Assembly: GCA_017609985.1 (NCBI GenBank)
Contig: JAFCCW010000006.1
Coordinates: 1 to 41,876, forward strand
Length of the DNA: 41,876 nt
Reading direction: 5' to 3'
Source of the DNA: Candidatus Iainarchaeum sp.
GTDB lineage: Archaea > Iainarchaeota > Iainarchaeia > Iainarchaeales > JAFCCW01
The position numbers and the translations under genes are program-made. Positions 28,190 through 37,879 of this stretch are shown here, in pieces. Each line of letters starts with the position of its first letter. The stretch's first letter is position 1. A model generated the notes under the pieces. That model ran no database searches. It saw only the letters and a program-made list of their open reading frames with translations, and was not told the origin of the DNA.

Positions 28190-28639
28190 GTGATTAGACA
28201 GGCGAAAGTCCAGGATGCTGAAGCAATCAAAGCCCTTATTGAATTTTGGGCAAAAAAAGATTCAATGCTTTCAAGAAGTCTTTCGGAGATTTATCAAAAC
28301 ATTGGGAGTTTCAAAGTCTTTGAAGAACAGAGCAAGATTATTGGCTGTGCTTATTTGTCAGTTATCTGGAAAGAACTTGCGGAAATTAGAAGCCTTGCTG
28401 TCAAAGAAGAGCACGCAAACAACGGGATTGGTTCAAAGCTTGTTCTTGCTCTTGAAGAAGACGCTCTTAGTCTTGGAATTCAAAAAACATTCACTCTGAC
28501 AACTGTTCCAGAATTCTTCAAAAAAATTGGCTACGTGGTTGAAGACAAGGCAAAAATGCCCCCAAAAATCTGGGCAGACTGCATCAATTGCACAAAGTTT
28601 CCAAATTGCGACGAAGAAGTTTTAGTTAAAAAACTTTAA
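28190..28639 (+). CDS. Short ArgA-like amino-acid N-acetyltransferase (GNAT)
   Basis: MLSRSLSEIYQ, LAEIRSLAV, GIGSKLV, FTLT..PEFF, PKIWADCINCTKFPNCDE. Confidence 0.88.
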   Translation: MIRQAKVQDAEAIKALIEFWAKKDSMLSRSLSEIYQNIGSFKVFEEQSKIIGCAYLSVIWKELAEIRSLAVKEEHANNGIGSKLVLALEEDALSLGIQKTFTLTTVPEFFKKIGYVVEDKAKMPPKIWADCINCTKFPNCDEEVLVKKL

Positions 28640-28641
28640 TC

Positions 28642-28727
28642 AACAAGTTTTGTTTGTCTAATAAGTTTTATCTATCTAACAAGTTTTGTTTAGTCAATAA
28701 TTCTTGTTTGTCTAATAAGTCTTATTC
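28642..28727. repeat. About 4.7 copies of an 18-bp minisatellite filling the gap between convergent genes
   Basis: AACAAGTTTTGTTTGTCT AATAAGTTTTATCTATCT AACAAGTTTTGTTTAGTC AATAATTCTTGTTTGTCT AATAAGTCTTATTC. Confidence 0.88.
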
Positions 28728-29427
28728 AACCAAAAATTCTTATCTTCAGCAGACCCCAAGCCATGCTTGGCCAATATCTTAATTTAAATCTTGAACCAGA
28801 CCTGTGCTTCCAGATGACAGGAACTTCTCTGACATTGTAGCCTAGCTTTTTAATCTTCCAGAGAAGCTCCACATCAAATTCAAATCCAGTGCAGTTGAGC
28901 AATGGCAGAACTTCCTTCGCTGCTTTTTTACTGAAAAGCTTTGCACCACATTGAGTGTCCTTGAAGTGCAATCCAAAAACAAGCCTTATCATTGGGTTAA
29001 CTATGTGCTCCCAGTATCTTCTCCACCAAGGCTGTTTGATTACAATGCGCGATTCTCTTAGTCTTCGAGACGCAATTGCTCCGTCAGACACCCTCATTTC
29101 TCTCATCAACTTCTTGAACTGCCTTGGAGTCACAGAAGCATCTGGATCAAGAAAGCCAATCCAGTCTCCGTCTGCCTCCTGAAAACCCAGTCTCACAGCC
29201 CCGCCCTTTCCAAGATTTACTTTAGAAACAATCACATTTGTATGGCCTTTTCCCCAGGCTCCAGCAAAATGCTTTGCAATGCCTACACTGTCATCAGTGC
29301 AGGCAGAACAAACAACAATTAATTCAAAGTCTTCACCATATTGTTTGAAAAAATAGTCATACATTTTGAGCGAGCGGTCAAGATGTTCTTCCTGATTATA
29401 AGTTGGAAGGACAAGAGATATTTTCAT
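28726..29427 (-). CDS. GT2 glycosyltransferase, dolichyl-phosphate glycosyltransferase-like
   Basis: SLVLPTYN, NLGKGGAVRLG, FLDPD, IASR, DTQCGAKLF, FEFDVELL, EVPVIW. Confidence 0.9.
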   Translation of the reverse strand: MKISLVLPTYNQEEHLDRSLKMYDYFFKQYGEDFELIVVCSACTDDSVGIAKHFAGAWGKGHTNVIVSKVNLGKGGAVRLGFQEADGDWIGFLDPDASVTPRQFKKLMREMRVSDGAIASRRLRESRIVIKQPWWRRYWEHIVNPMIRLVFGLHFKDTQCGAKLFSKKAAKEVLPLLNCTGFEFDVELLWKIKKLGYNVREVPVIWKHRSGSRFKLRYWPSMAWGLLKIRIFG

Positions 29428-29521
29428 GAAAAGATTACAGTAAACTCGTATATAAATAATTCTGAAACCATTCTCTTGCAGAGCGAAACCGTTTAAAAGC
29501 AGTATTTCCCTTATTTACTGC

Positions 29522-31225
29522 ATGCTTTTTGGGGATAGAATAGCAAAGGCAGTTGCAAAGCACGTGCCGAATACAAAGCCAAAGGACTTGGAGGCAATTC
29601 TTGAAAGACCTCCTGACTCAAACATGGGTGATGTGTCCCTGCCCTGCTTTACTCTCTCTCGTGTTCTCAAAAAAAAACCTGCTGAGATTGCGGGAGAACT
29701 TGCAGGTAAGGTTAGTCCAGCAGGTTTTTCAAAAGTGCAGTCAGCAGGACCATATCTGAACTTTTTCTATAACTCTGGAGAAATATCAAAAAAAGTCCTA
29801 ACCGCTGTTTTAAAAGAGAAGGAAAAATATGGGCAAAACAAGTCAGGAAAATCAAAGAAGATAATGGTTGAGTATTCTTCTCCAAATACAAACAAGCCCC
29901 TGCATCTTGGGCACTTGAGGAATGATTCAATTGGGATGTGCATTTCAAATATTTTGGAGAAAACAGGGAACAAGGTGCTGAGAGCAAATCTTGTCAACGA
30001 TCGCGGAATTCATATTTCAAAAACAATGCTGGCCTATCAGAAATGGGGAAAGAAAAAAACACCTGCTTCTGTGGGGAAAAAGCCTGATCACTTTGTCGGA
30101 AACCTATACGTTATGTATAACAAAAAGCTTGCTTCAAATCCTGGGTTGGAGGATGAGGCAAGAGAACTTCTTAGAAACTGGGAAGCAGGCGACAAAAAAA
30201 CCATTGCTCTCTGGAAAAAAATGAACTCTTGGGTAATAAATGGATTTAAGGAAACATATAAAAAATTCGGTTCCGAGTTTGATGAATTTCTTTTCGAAAG
30301 CGATTTTTATGATAAGGCAAAGCCAATTATTCAGAAAGGGTTGAAGAAGAAAATTTTCTTCACTTCAGATGACGGGGCAGTTATGGCTGAACTGGAAAAA
30401 CATGGAATGCCAAACAAGACAGTGCTTAGGGCAGACGGCACTTCAATTTATCTTACAAACGATTTAGCGCTCACAAAGCACAAGTTTTTTAAATTCAAAA
30501 TTGACAACGCTGTCTGGGTTGTTGCATCGGAACAAAATCTTTACTTCAAACAGCTCTTCAAAATACTTGAATTGCTTGGATTTAGCTGGGCAAAAAAATG
30601 CAGGCATCTTTCTTATGGTATGGTTTTCCTGCCAGAAGGAAAAATGAAAAGCAGGGAAGGCACTGTTGTGGATGCAGATGATCTTATTGCAGAGGTTGAG
30701 AAAATCGCGTTCAAGGAAGTCAAAAAAAGACATGAAAAACTTTCCCAGAAAGAACTGCAGAAGAGAGCTGAAACAATTGCTCTTGGAGCAATCAAGTTCT
30801 TTCTCCTGAAAACAGATGCTGTCAAAGACATTGTGTTTAATCCAAAGGAAAGTGTTTCATTCGAAGGAGAAACAGGGCCTTATCTGCAGTATTCTTATGC
30901 ACGGGCAAAAAGTATTATGCGAAAGGGAAAGAAAAGCAAGCCAGACTATTCTCTTTTGAAAGAAGACAAGGAAAAAGAAATAGTTTCGTTGATTGCGCGC
31001 TTTCCATCTGTTGTTTCCAATGTTGCTGAAAGCGGAAGCCCGCACCATCTCTCCCAGTATCTTCTGGAACTTGCCTCGCAATTCAACTCATTTTATCAGG
31101 CAGTGCCTGTTCTTGACGCAGAAAAAGGGGTTATGTGCGCAAGACTGGCTTTGGTTGAAGCATTTTCAATAACCATGAAGAGTGGACTTGGATTGCTTGG
31201 AATTAACACTCTTGAAGAGATGTAG
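29522..31225 (+). CDS. argS: Arginine--tRNA ligase
   Basis: VEYSSPNTNKPLHLGHLRN, DGTSIYLT.D, KMKSREG, GETGPYLQYSYAR, C-terminal LEEM. Confidence 0.98.
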   Translation: MLFGDRIAKAVAKHVPNTKPKDLEAILERPPDSNMGDVSLPCFTLSRVLKKKPAEIAGELAGKVSPAGFSKVQSAGPYLNFFYNSGEISKKVLTAVLKEKEKYGQNKSGKSKKIMVEYSSPNTNKPLHLGHLRNDSIGMCISNILEKTGNKVLRANLVNDRGIHISKTMLAYQKWGKKKTPASVGKKPDHFVGNLYVMYNKKLASNPGLEDEARELLRNWEAGDKKTIALWKKMNSWVINGFKETYKKFGSEFDEFLFESDFYDKAKPIIQKGLKKKIFFTSDDGAVMAELEKHGMPNKTVLRADGTSIYLTNDLALTKHKFFKFKIDNAVWVVASEQNLYFKQLFKILELLGFSWAKKCRHLSYGMVFLPEGKMKSREGTVVDADDLIAEVEKIAFKEVKKRHEKLSQKELQKRAETIALGAIKFFLLKTDAVKDIVFNPKESVSFEGETGPYLQYSYARAKSIMRKGKKSKPDYSLLKEDKEKEIVSLIARFPSVVSNVAESGSPHHLSQYLLELASQFNSFYQAVPVLDAEKGVMCARLALVEAFSITMKSGLGLLGINTLEEM

Positions 31226-31279
31226 TTCGTCAATTGTCTTAGAGAAATAGTTTTAAACTTCAAAGTGCATGTTTTTCTA

Positions 31280-32965
31280 ATGAGTAGTGCTCGTGATCTG
31301 GAGAGCAAATTTGAACAATTAAAAAAAAAATTGTCTAATTCTAGTAGATACCACAATATAGAACTTATCACTGATGCTTTCAGGCTCGCAAAAAAAGCTC
31401 ACAAACACCAGAAAAGAGCTTCAAAAGAGGATTATATTATTCATCCCCTCAGCACTGCATTGATTTTGTCTGATTACGATGTTGATGACATAACAATTGT
31501 GTCTGCTTTGCTTCACGATGTTGTTGAAGACACTCAAATAGGTGCTGGCGCAATTGAAAGGATTTTTGGAAAAGAGGTTTCAAAAATTGTCGATGGAGTA
31601 ACAAAAATTGATTCAATTCCAAAAAGCGAGCGAAAAAAATGGGAGAAAGCAAATTTTGAAAAATTTTTCAATGCTTCTTCTCAAAATATGCGCGTCTTAC
31701 TTGTAAAGCTTGCTGACAAAATACACAATCTCAGCACTCTGGAACATCTTCCAAAAGAAAAACAGGTTAGAATTGCAAAAGAGGCTCTTGAACTATATGC
31801 TCCTCTTGCAGAAAATCTTGGAATAAAAAAAATGCGCTACGAAATAGAGGCTCTTGCTTTTCCAAAAGCTTTTCCTAAAGAATATGCTTCTGTTAAAAAA
31901 AATCTAGAACCCAGAAAAAAAAGAAAGAAAAAATTTCTCGTAGAAATGTCAAAAAAAATCGAAAAAAAGCTTTCCCAAAAAATCAATTCCTTTGAACTAA
32001 AGATTAATGACATTGAATATTATTCAGTACTTCTCAAAATGGAGTCGCGGGGCAAGGTATTCAAAGAGCTGTACGATTACTCCTATCTCAAAATAATCAC
32101 AGATTCTGCTGACGACTGTTATACTGCGCTTGGAATAGTTCACAGTCTTTTTGCACCTATTCCAAAAAAAGTAAAGGACTATATTGCTCTTCCCAGTAAC
32201 ATAACTTATCAATCGATTCATACAACAGTTATTCTTCCAAACGGACAAAGAGCCAAAGTGATAATCAGAAGCAGGGAAATGGACCGGCTTGCAAGCTGGG
32301 GAATAATTTCCTTTATTGATGATGAAAAAAGGATAAGCAGGTTTGTCAAAGACAAGTTTGAATTGATTAGAAGCGGAAGAATTGACGAAGAAGAGGATTT
32401 TGTTTTAGCAGTAAAAAAGCATGTTCTTGATGATGCTATTCTTGTTTTTGATTCAGGGGGTAAAAAAAGAATTATTCCAAGGCATTCAACAGTGCTGGAC
32501 TTTGCTTATCTCTTAGGCGAAAGAATGGGAAACCATTGCTTGAAAGCAAGAGTGAACGGGAAAGAAGTTCCGCTCTGGAAAGAAGTAGAACGTGGTGACA
32601 AGATTGAAATAGTCACTGGAATTTCAAGAAAAATTCATCCTGAATGGTTAGAGTATGCAAAAACAATTAATGCAAGAGACTCTATCAAGAAAGCTCTTTC
32701 AATCAAGCCAGCTTCAGAGATTCCAACACAGCAGGCAAAAATAAAGATTAATGCAAAAGACAAAGTCGGGTTGCTTGCAGAAATTGCAAAAATAGTTTCA
32801 AGTAAAGGAATCAATATTTCAAGCAGTAGCATGAATCACGACGTAAAAAACAAAAACATTACAATGATTCAAATGACTATTGATGTTCCATCAAAAAAAG
32901 AATTTGAAAGTCTCTTGGAAACAATTGAAGAGCACAAAAGTGTAATTAGTGTTTTTTCATCCTGA
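31280..32965 (+). CDS. Long RelA/SpoT homologue: HD hydrolase, degenerate synthetase, TGS and ACT domains
   Basis: AH..QKRAS..YIIHP, ALLHDVVEDT, VKLADKIHN, CYTALGIVH, KDYIALP, YQSIHTTV, TVLDFAY...A.VNG (TGS), DKVGLLAEI (ACT). Start placed at ATG 31280. Confidence 0.92.
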   Translation: MSSARDLESKFEQLKKKLSNSSRYHNIELITDAFRLAKKAHKHQKRASKEDYIIHPLSTALILSDYDVDDITIVSALLHDVVEDTQIGAGAIERIFGKEVSKIVDGVTKIDSIPKSERKKWEKANFEKFFNASSQNMRVLLVKLADKIHNLSTLEHLPKEKQVRIAKEALELYAPLAENLGIKKMRYEIEALAFPKAFPKEYASVKKNLEPRKKRKKKFLVEMSKKIEKKLSQKINSFELKINDIEYYSVLLKMESRGKVFKELYDYSYLKIITDSADDCYTALGIVHSLFAPIPKKVKDYIALPSNITYQSIHTTVILPNGQRAKVIIRSREMDRLASWGIISFIDDEKRISRFVKDKFELIRSGRIDEEEDFVLAVKKHVLDDAILVFDSGGKKRIIPRHSTVLDFAYLLGERMGNHCLKARVNGKEVPLWKEVERGDKIEIVTGISRKIHPEWLEYAKTINARDSIKKALSIKPASEIPTQQAKIKINAKDKVGLLAEIAKIVSSKGINISSSSMNHDVKNKNITMIQMTIDVPSKKEFESLLETIEEHKSVISVFSS

Positions 32966-33007
32966 AAAACTACTATTTATTTGAACAACGGTTATTTGTT
33001 CAATCGT

Positions 33008-35698
33008 TTATTCAATTAGAATGGCTGGTTTTAACGGAAATGCAGACCCTGCTTTACTTTCACTTGATTTCTCTGCGGGAATGATTTCAATCACTGCAGA
33101 AAATTCTTTTTCAATAGCTTCTTTCGCAGTTTCCATAATTTTTTCCTCTTCCACGCTTTTGAAACCACGTAATTCATTTGCCTTTTTTGAAACAGACTGA
33201 ATGAATGAAACAGCTTTCTTTCCCTGTTTTTTAACAGCGTCAACAGCCATCAATTCCTTAATTAGGTTTGAAGATGGATTCTCTTCAATCAATGCAAGAG
33301 CTTTTTCAACAACAGTGTTTTTCCATTTTGGAGCAATAAAAATTGAAATTTTTTTCGGATTCTCTATTTCAGCAAGCCTTTTGATTTCAATAATATCTTT
33401 TCTGACATTGTCAACAAAGTCCTGTGCTCTTTCAGCATCTTCATCAATTAAATTCTTATCAAACTTTGGAAAATCTGCAAGTGAAACAAAAGCCTTCATT
33501 CCAATAATTTCCCACAACTCTTCAGATGAGTAGGGAGCAAAAGAAGCGAGGAGAAGAATTATTTTCTTTACTGCATCTCCCGCAACATTCTTTGAATAGT
33601 CTCCGTCCAGATATTTTGCGGTTCCGGAAACAAGTGAACTGATTGAAGAAACTGCAAAATTGAATTTAAATTCTGTCATAAATTTTTCAACATCTCTGAC
33701 AGCACGGTTTGCCTTGCTTAGCATTAACCTGTCCTGCTGGGAAAGCTTTTTTGGAATTTTTTCAAAAGAAATATTTTTCGAATTCTTTTCAACTAAATCA
33801 AAGACTCTTGAAACAAATCTATAAGAGCTTTCAACTCCCTTGTCACTCCATTCAAACTCTTTTTCCGGCAAAGCAGATGAAAGCATGAAAAGTCGTGCAG
33901 TGTCTGTTCCGAATTTCTCAATTATTTCCCCAGGGTCAACAGTGTTTCCAAGGCTCTTTGACATCTTTGCACCGTCTTTTAGCACCATTCCCTGTGCAAG
34001 AAGACGGGTGAATGGTTCATCAAAATCAAGCAAGCCAATGTCACGCAATGCCTTGCAGAAAAATCTTGCATAAATCAAGTGCATTGTAGCATGTTCTATT
34101 CCTCCGATGTACTGGTCAACAGGCATCCAGTAACTGACAGCTTTTTTGTCAAAAGCCTTGTTTTTTTCTTTTGGGGAACAAAATCTGAGAAAATACCAGC
34201 TGCTGTCCACAAAAGTATCCATTGTGTCAGTTTCCCGTCTTGCTTTCGCACCACACTTGGGACAAATTGTGTTAACAAATTCTTTAACACTTGTAAGCGG
34301 GTTTCCCCCTATCTTAAAGTCTGCTTTTTCAGGAAGCAAAATCGGCAGGTCTTTTTCAGGAACAGGCACAATTCCACATTTTTCACAATAAACAATCGGG
34401 ATTGGAGTGCCCCAAAATCTCTGCCTTGAAATCAGCCAGTTCTTTAATCTGAAATTAATTTTTCTCTGCCCAAATTTTTCTTTCTCAATCCAGTCAGAAA
34501 TCTTGTCAATTGCTTTTCTGCTGTTCAAGGAATCAAATTTTCCAGAATTTGCAAGAACTCCCTCTTCAACAAAAGCTTCCTGCATCTCTGCTCCATTCAA
34601 TTTATTTTTTTTAGGCATTATGACCGGCTTTACTTGAATAGAATATTTTTTTGCAAACTCAAAATCTCTCTGGTCGTGAGCTGGCACAGCCATAACTGCT
34701 CCAGTTCCATAATCCATTAACACAAAGTCTGCTGCAAAAACAGGCACAACCTCTTTGTTAACAGGATTAATTGCGTACAGTCCAGTGAACACGCCATGCT
34801 TTTCCTTTCCCTCAGCAGTTCTTTCAATATCAGTTTTTCTAGCAACCTCTGCCTTGAACCTCTGCAAATCATCCCATTCATCTTTTCCTTTTACAAGCTT
34901 TTCAAGCAAAGGATGTTCGGGAGCAATAGCCATGAAAGTTACTCCAAAAATTGTGTCAGGTCTAGTAGTAAAAACCGGGAGCTTTTCATTGCTGTCCTTT
35001 ATTCCGAACTCAATCTCAATTCCTTTGCTTCTTCCAATCCAATTCTTCTGCATTGCCTTGACTCGCGCAGGCCATTTATCCAGCTTCTCCAATCCATTCA
35101 ATAACTCGTCTGCATATTTGGTAATATTAAAAAACCACTGCTCCAGCTCTTTTAGTTCAACTTCTGAGTTGCACCGCCAGCACTTGCCTCCGTGAACCTG
35201 TTCATTTGCAAGAACTGTTTTGCACTTTGGACACCAGTTAACTTCTTCTTGTCCCCTGTAAGCAAGACCTTTTTCGAGAAACTTTAAAAAAATCCATTGA
35301 TTCCATTTATAGTATTCTGAAGTGCAGGTTGCAATCTCTCGCTCCCAGTCATAAGAGAAACCAAGCTGTTTTTGCTGGTGCTGCATTTCTTCAATGCGCG
35401 AAAAAGTCCAGTCTTTTGGGGATGAATTTCCCTTAATTGCAGCATTCTCTGCTGGGAGGCCAAAAGCATCATAACCCATTGGATAGAGCACATTGTGTCC
35501 CTTCATACGCATGTATCTAGCAATAGTGTCTCCAATCGAGTAATTCCTCACGTGCCCCATGTGAAGCTTTCCACTGGGATACGGAAACATTTCAAGAACA
35601 TAGTATTTTTTCTTGTTTCCTTCCTTGGACTGGAAAACATTTTCCTTAGCCCATTTCTTCTGCCATTTTTCTTCAAGCTTTTTCGGGTTATAAGGCAT
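33008..35698 (-). CDS. leuS: Leucine--tRNA ligase, bacterial-type core with archaeal-type C-terminal domain
   Basis: MFPYPSGKLHMGHVRNY, FTTRPDT, GTGAVMAVPAHDQRD, WLISRQRFWGTPIP, KMSKS; ends AFPLKPAILIE. Confidence 0.98.
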   Translation of the reverse strand: MPYNPKKLEEKWQKKWAKENVFQSKEGNKKKYYVLEMFPYPSGKLHMGHVRNYSIGDTIARYMRMKGHNVLYPMGYDAFGLPAENAAIKGNSSPKDWTFSRIEEMQHQQKQLGFSYDWEREIATCTSEYYKWNQWIFLKFLEKGLAYRGQEEVNWCPKCKTVLANEQVHGGKCWRCNSEVELKELEQWFFNITKYADELLNGLEKLDKWPARVKAMQKNWIGRSKGIEIEFGIKDSNEKLPVFTTRPDTIFGVTFMAIAPEHPLLEKLVKGKDEWDDLQRFKAEVARKTDIERTAEGKEKHGVFTGLYAINPVNKEVVPVFAADFVLMDYGTGAVMAVPAHDQRDFEFAKKYSIQVKPVIMPKKNKLNGAEMQEAFVEEGVLANSGKFDSLNSRKAIDKISDWIEKEKFGQRKINFRLKNWLISRQRFWGTPIPIVYCEKCGIVPVPEKDLPILLPEKADFKIGGNPLTSVKEFVNTICPKCGAKARRETDTMDTFVDSSWYFLRFCSPKEKNKAFDKKAVSYWMPVDQYIGGIEHATMHLIYARFFCKALRDIGLLDFDEPFTRLLAQGMVLKDGAKMSKSLGNTVDPGEIIEKFGTDTARLFMLSSALPEKEFEWSDKGVESSYRFVSRVFDLVEKNSKNISFEKIPKKLSQQDRLMLSKANRAVRDVEKFMTEFKFNFAVSSISSLVSGTAKYLDGDYSKNVAGDAVKKIILLLASFAPYSSEELWEIIGMKAFVSLADFPKFDKNLIDEDAERAQDFVDNVRKDIIEIKRLAEIENPKKISIFIAPKWKNTVVEKALALIEENPSSNLIKELMAVDAVKKQGKKAVSFIQSVSKKANELRGFKSVEEEKIMETAKEAIEKEFSAVIEIIPAEKSSESKAGSAFPLKPAILIE

Positions 35699-35798
35699 GA
35701 AGAAATTAGAAGCAAAAATAGTTTAAAAGCGTAATGCTGGGCGAGATTTTGATAAAAAAGTTAAAACCTCGGTCTTGAGAAGATTTAAATATATTTAG

Positions 35799-35822
35799 TA
35801 TGCCATAGTATACTGTGGTATA
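35799..35822. promoter_or_regulatory. Palindromic operator of the toxin-antitoxin operon
   Basis: TATGCCATAGTA-TACTGTGGTATA (10/12 inverted match) between TTTAAATA and the antitoxin ATG. Confidence 0.65.
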
Positions 35823-36062
35823 ATGTATTCTACAACAATCAAATTAAACAAAGAAACAAAATCCGAATTGGATAGATTTCGAGAGCACAAGGATGAAAGC
35901 TATGACCAAGTCATTAGAAAAATGATTTACATAGCCAACAAGTGCAGAAAGGATCCAGTTCTTGGGCAGAAAGCAGTAAAATCAATTGAGCAGGCCAGAG
36001 AACGCATTAAAGAAGGAAATTTTGTCTCAGAAAAAGAGGCAAAAGAACGGCTTGGTCTGTAA
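35823..36062 (+). CDS. Antitoxin (RHH-like N-terminus, RelB-like C-terminus)
   Basis: TTIKLNKETKSELD...ESYDQVIRK, ARERIKEGNFVSEKEAKERLGL; immediately upstream of a RelE-family gene. Confidence 0.85.
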   Translation: MYSTTIKLNKETKSELDRFREHKDESYDQVIRKMIYIANKCRKDPVLGQKAVKSIEQARERIKEGNFVSEKEAKERLGL

Positions 36063-36320
36063 ATGTATGCACTGGTTTTTGATAAAAAAGCAATTGACTT
36101 TCTTGAAAAATTGGATAAATTCCTGCAAAGAAGAATTTGGAAAAAACTAGTTTCTGCAAAACAAGATCCCTATTCTTTTTTTGAAAAGCTTTCAGGCAGG
36201 AATGATTTTAAGTTAAGAATTGGAAATTATAGAATAATTGCAGACATAAACAAAAGAAAAAAATTAATTCAAGTAACTTTAATTGGGCACAGAAAAAATG
36301 TTTATGAAAAGCTTGGTTAG
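36063..36320 (+). CDS. RelE/ParE-family type II toxin
   Basis: A..FLEKLD...RI, KLSG...FKLRIGNYRII, IGHRKNVY. Confidence 0.92.
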   Translation: MYALVFDKKAIDFLEKLDKFLQRRIWKKLVSAKQDPYSFFEKLSGRNDFKLRIGNYRIIADINKRKKLIQVTLIGHRKNVYEKLG

Positions 36321-36383
36321 CTTTACAAAAACACTTTAAAATAGTTTTGCCATAGATATATGCAATTTCAAAGGAGGTTTTTT

Positions 36384-36947
36384 ATGGTTTTGATGTGGAT
36401 TGGACTTGCAGTAGTTGCAATAGTGGTTCTCGCAACCGTATTCTACTACAACAAGTTCGTAACTCTGAAAAAAAGAGTAGAAAATGCCTGGTCCCAAATA
36501 GATGTTCAGCTTAAAAGGCGAGCAGACCTAATCCCTAACCTGATTGAAACAGTTAAGGGATATGCAAAATTTGAAAAAAAAGTGCTTACAGAAGTAACTG
36601 AAGCAAGAACTGCTGTAATGAAAGCAAAGACTCCAGCAACTGCTGCAAAGGCAGAAAACCAGTTATCAGGAGCCTTGAAAACAATATTTGCAGTAGCAGA
36701 AAGCTATCCAAAGTTGACAGCATCTGAAAACTTTAAGTCACTGCAGGAAGAGTTTGCAACAACAGAAAACAAGATAGCATATGCAAGACAGTTCTACAAT
36801 GACTCTGCAATGCTTTTGAACACTGCAATTTCCCTGTTTCCCGGAAACATTATTGCAAAAATAGTTGGAATAGGCAAAGAAGCTGAATACTTCAAAACAG
36901 AGGGTGCTGAAAGAGAAGTAGTCAAAGCAGACTTCAGTGACTTGTAG
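36384..36947 (+). CDS. lemA: LemA family protein
   Basis: NAWSQIDVQLKRRADLIPNLIETVKGYA, AESYPKL, TENKIAYARQFYND, FPGN. Start ATG 36384 after AGGAGG. Confidence 0.95.
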   Translation: MVLMWIGLAVVAIVVLATVFYYNKFVTLKKRVENAWSQIDVQLKRRADLIPNLIETVKGYAKFEKKVLTEVTEARTAVMKAKTPATAAKAENQLSGALKTIFAVAESYPKLTASENFKSLQEEFATTENKIAYARQFYNDSAMLLNTAISLFPGNIIAKIVGIGKEAEYFKTEGAEREVVKADFSDL

Positions 36948-36955
36948 GTGAAAAG

Positions 36956-37858
36956 ATGAGTTCGTTCTATGAAGAGATTGAGTCAAACAAGAGAATGACC
37001 TATGTTCTCTTCATAGCCTTTTTTCTTCTTTTTTTGGCAATCGGCTGGACTGCATCATACCTCTTTGACTCATTTCTGATTCTTTTTCTGTTTGTGTTCA
37101 TTGCAATAATCTATGTTTCAATAGCATATTACTTTAGCGACAAAATCGTAACAGCTGTTTCAAAAGCAAAGCTAGCAGACGGGCCAAAGTATGCTCAGTT
37201 GAGAAACATTGTTGAAGAAATGTCAATCGCGGCAGGAACTCCGAAACCAAAAGTTTACATAATTGAAGACAGTGCAATAAATGCTTTTGCAGCAGGCAGA
37301 AATCCGGAAAACAGTGTTGTCTGTGTTACAACCGGTTGCCTGTCCAGGCTAAACCGAGCAGAGCTAACAGGAGTAATAGCTCACGAGCTTTCACATATTA
37401 GAAACTATGACATCAGAGTAATGACAATCGCAGCAGTTCTTGTTGGATTATCAGTTCTATTGAGTGACCTGATTCTGAGAATGTTCATCTGGGGCGGAGC
37501 AGGCAGGAACAGTGGAAGAAGAGACGGAGACCAAAGGATTTACCTAATCGCAGTTGTTGTTGCAATAGCTCTTGCAATTCTCACTCCATTCATTGCACAG
37601 GCAATCAAGTTTGCAATCTCTCGCCAGAGAGAATATCTAGCAGATGCGACTGGAGCAAAGATTACAAGATATCCAGAAGGACTTGCCTCAGCACTTGAAA
37701 AAATCAAGAACGATTCAGAAGTATTGGAATCAGCAAACAAGGCAACAGCCCACATGTACATTGCAAATCCCTTAAAGGGACAAAAGCTCTGGTTGAAAAA
37801 CATGTTCATGACCCACCCCCCGATAGATGAGAGAATTGCAAAGCTCAGGGCGATGTAG
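36956..37858 (+). CDS. htpX: HtpX-like M48 membrane zinc metalloprotease
   Basis: NAFAAG, GVIAHELSH, SRQREYLAD, LASALEKI, THPPIDERI; usual lemA-htpX pairing. Confidence 0.94.
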   Translation: MSSFYEEIESNKRMTYVLFIAFFLLFLAIGWTASYLFDSFLILFLFVFIAIIYVSIAYYFSDKIVTAVSKAKLADGPKYAQLRNIVEEMSIAAGTPKPKVYIIEDSAINAFAAGRNPENSVVCVTTGCLSRLNRAELTGVIAHELSHIRNYDIRVMTIAAVLVGLSVLLSDLILRMFIWGGAGRNSGRRDGDQRIYLIAVVVAIALAILTPFIAQAIKFAISRQREYLADATGAKITRYPEGLASALEKIKNDSEVLESANKATAHMYIANPLKGQKLWLKNMFMTHPPIDERIAKLRAM

Positions 37859-37879
37859 TTTTTCTTTTTTTCCAAATAA

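Noticed and set aside
28642-28727. CRISPR array
   Set aside because: Adjacent degenerate 18-mers with no unique spacers.
33201-35734. Numerous 60-150 aa ORFs antisense to or nested in leuS and other long genes
   Set aside because: Shadow ORFs with no motifs or expression signals.
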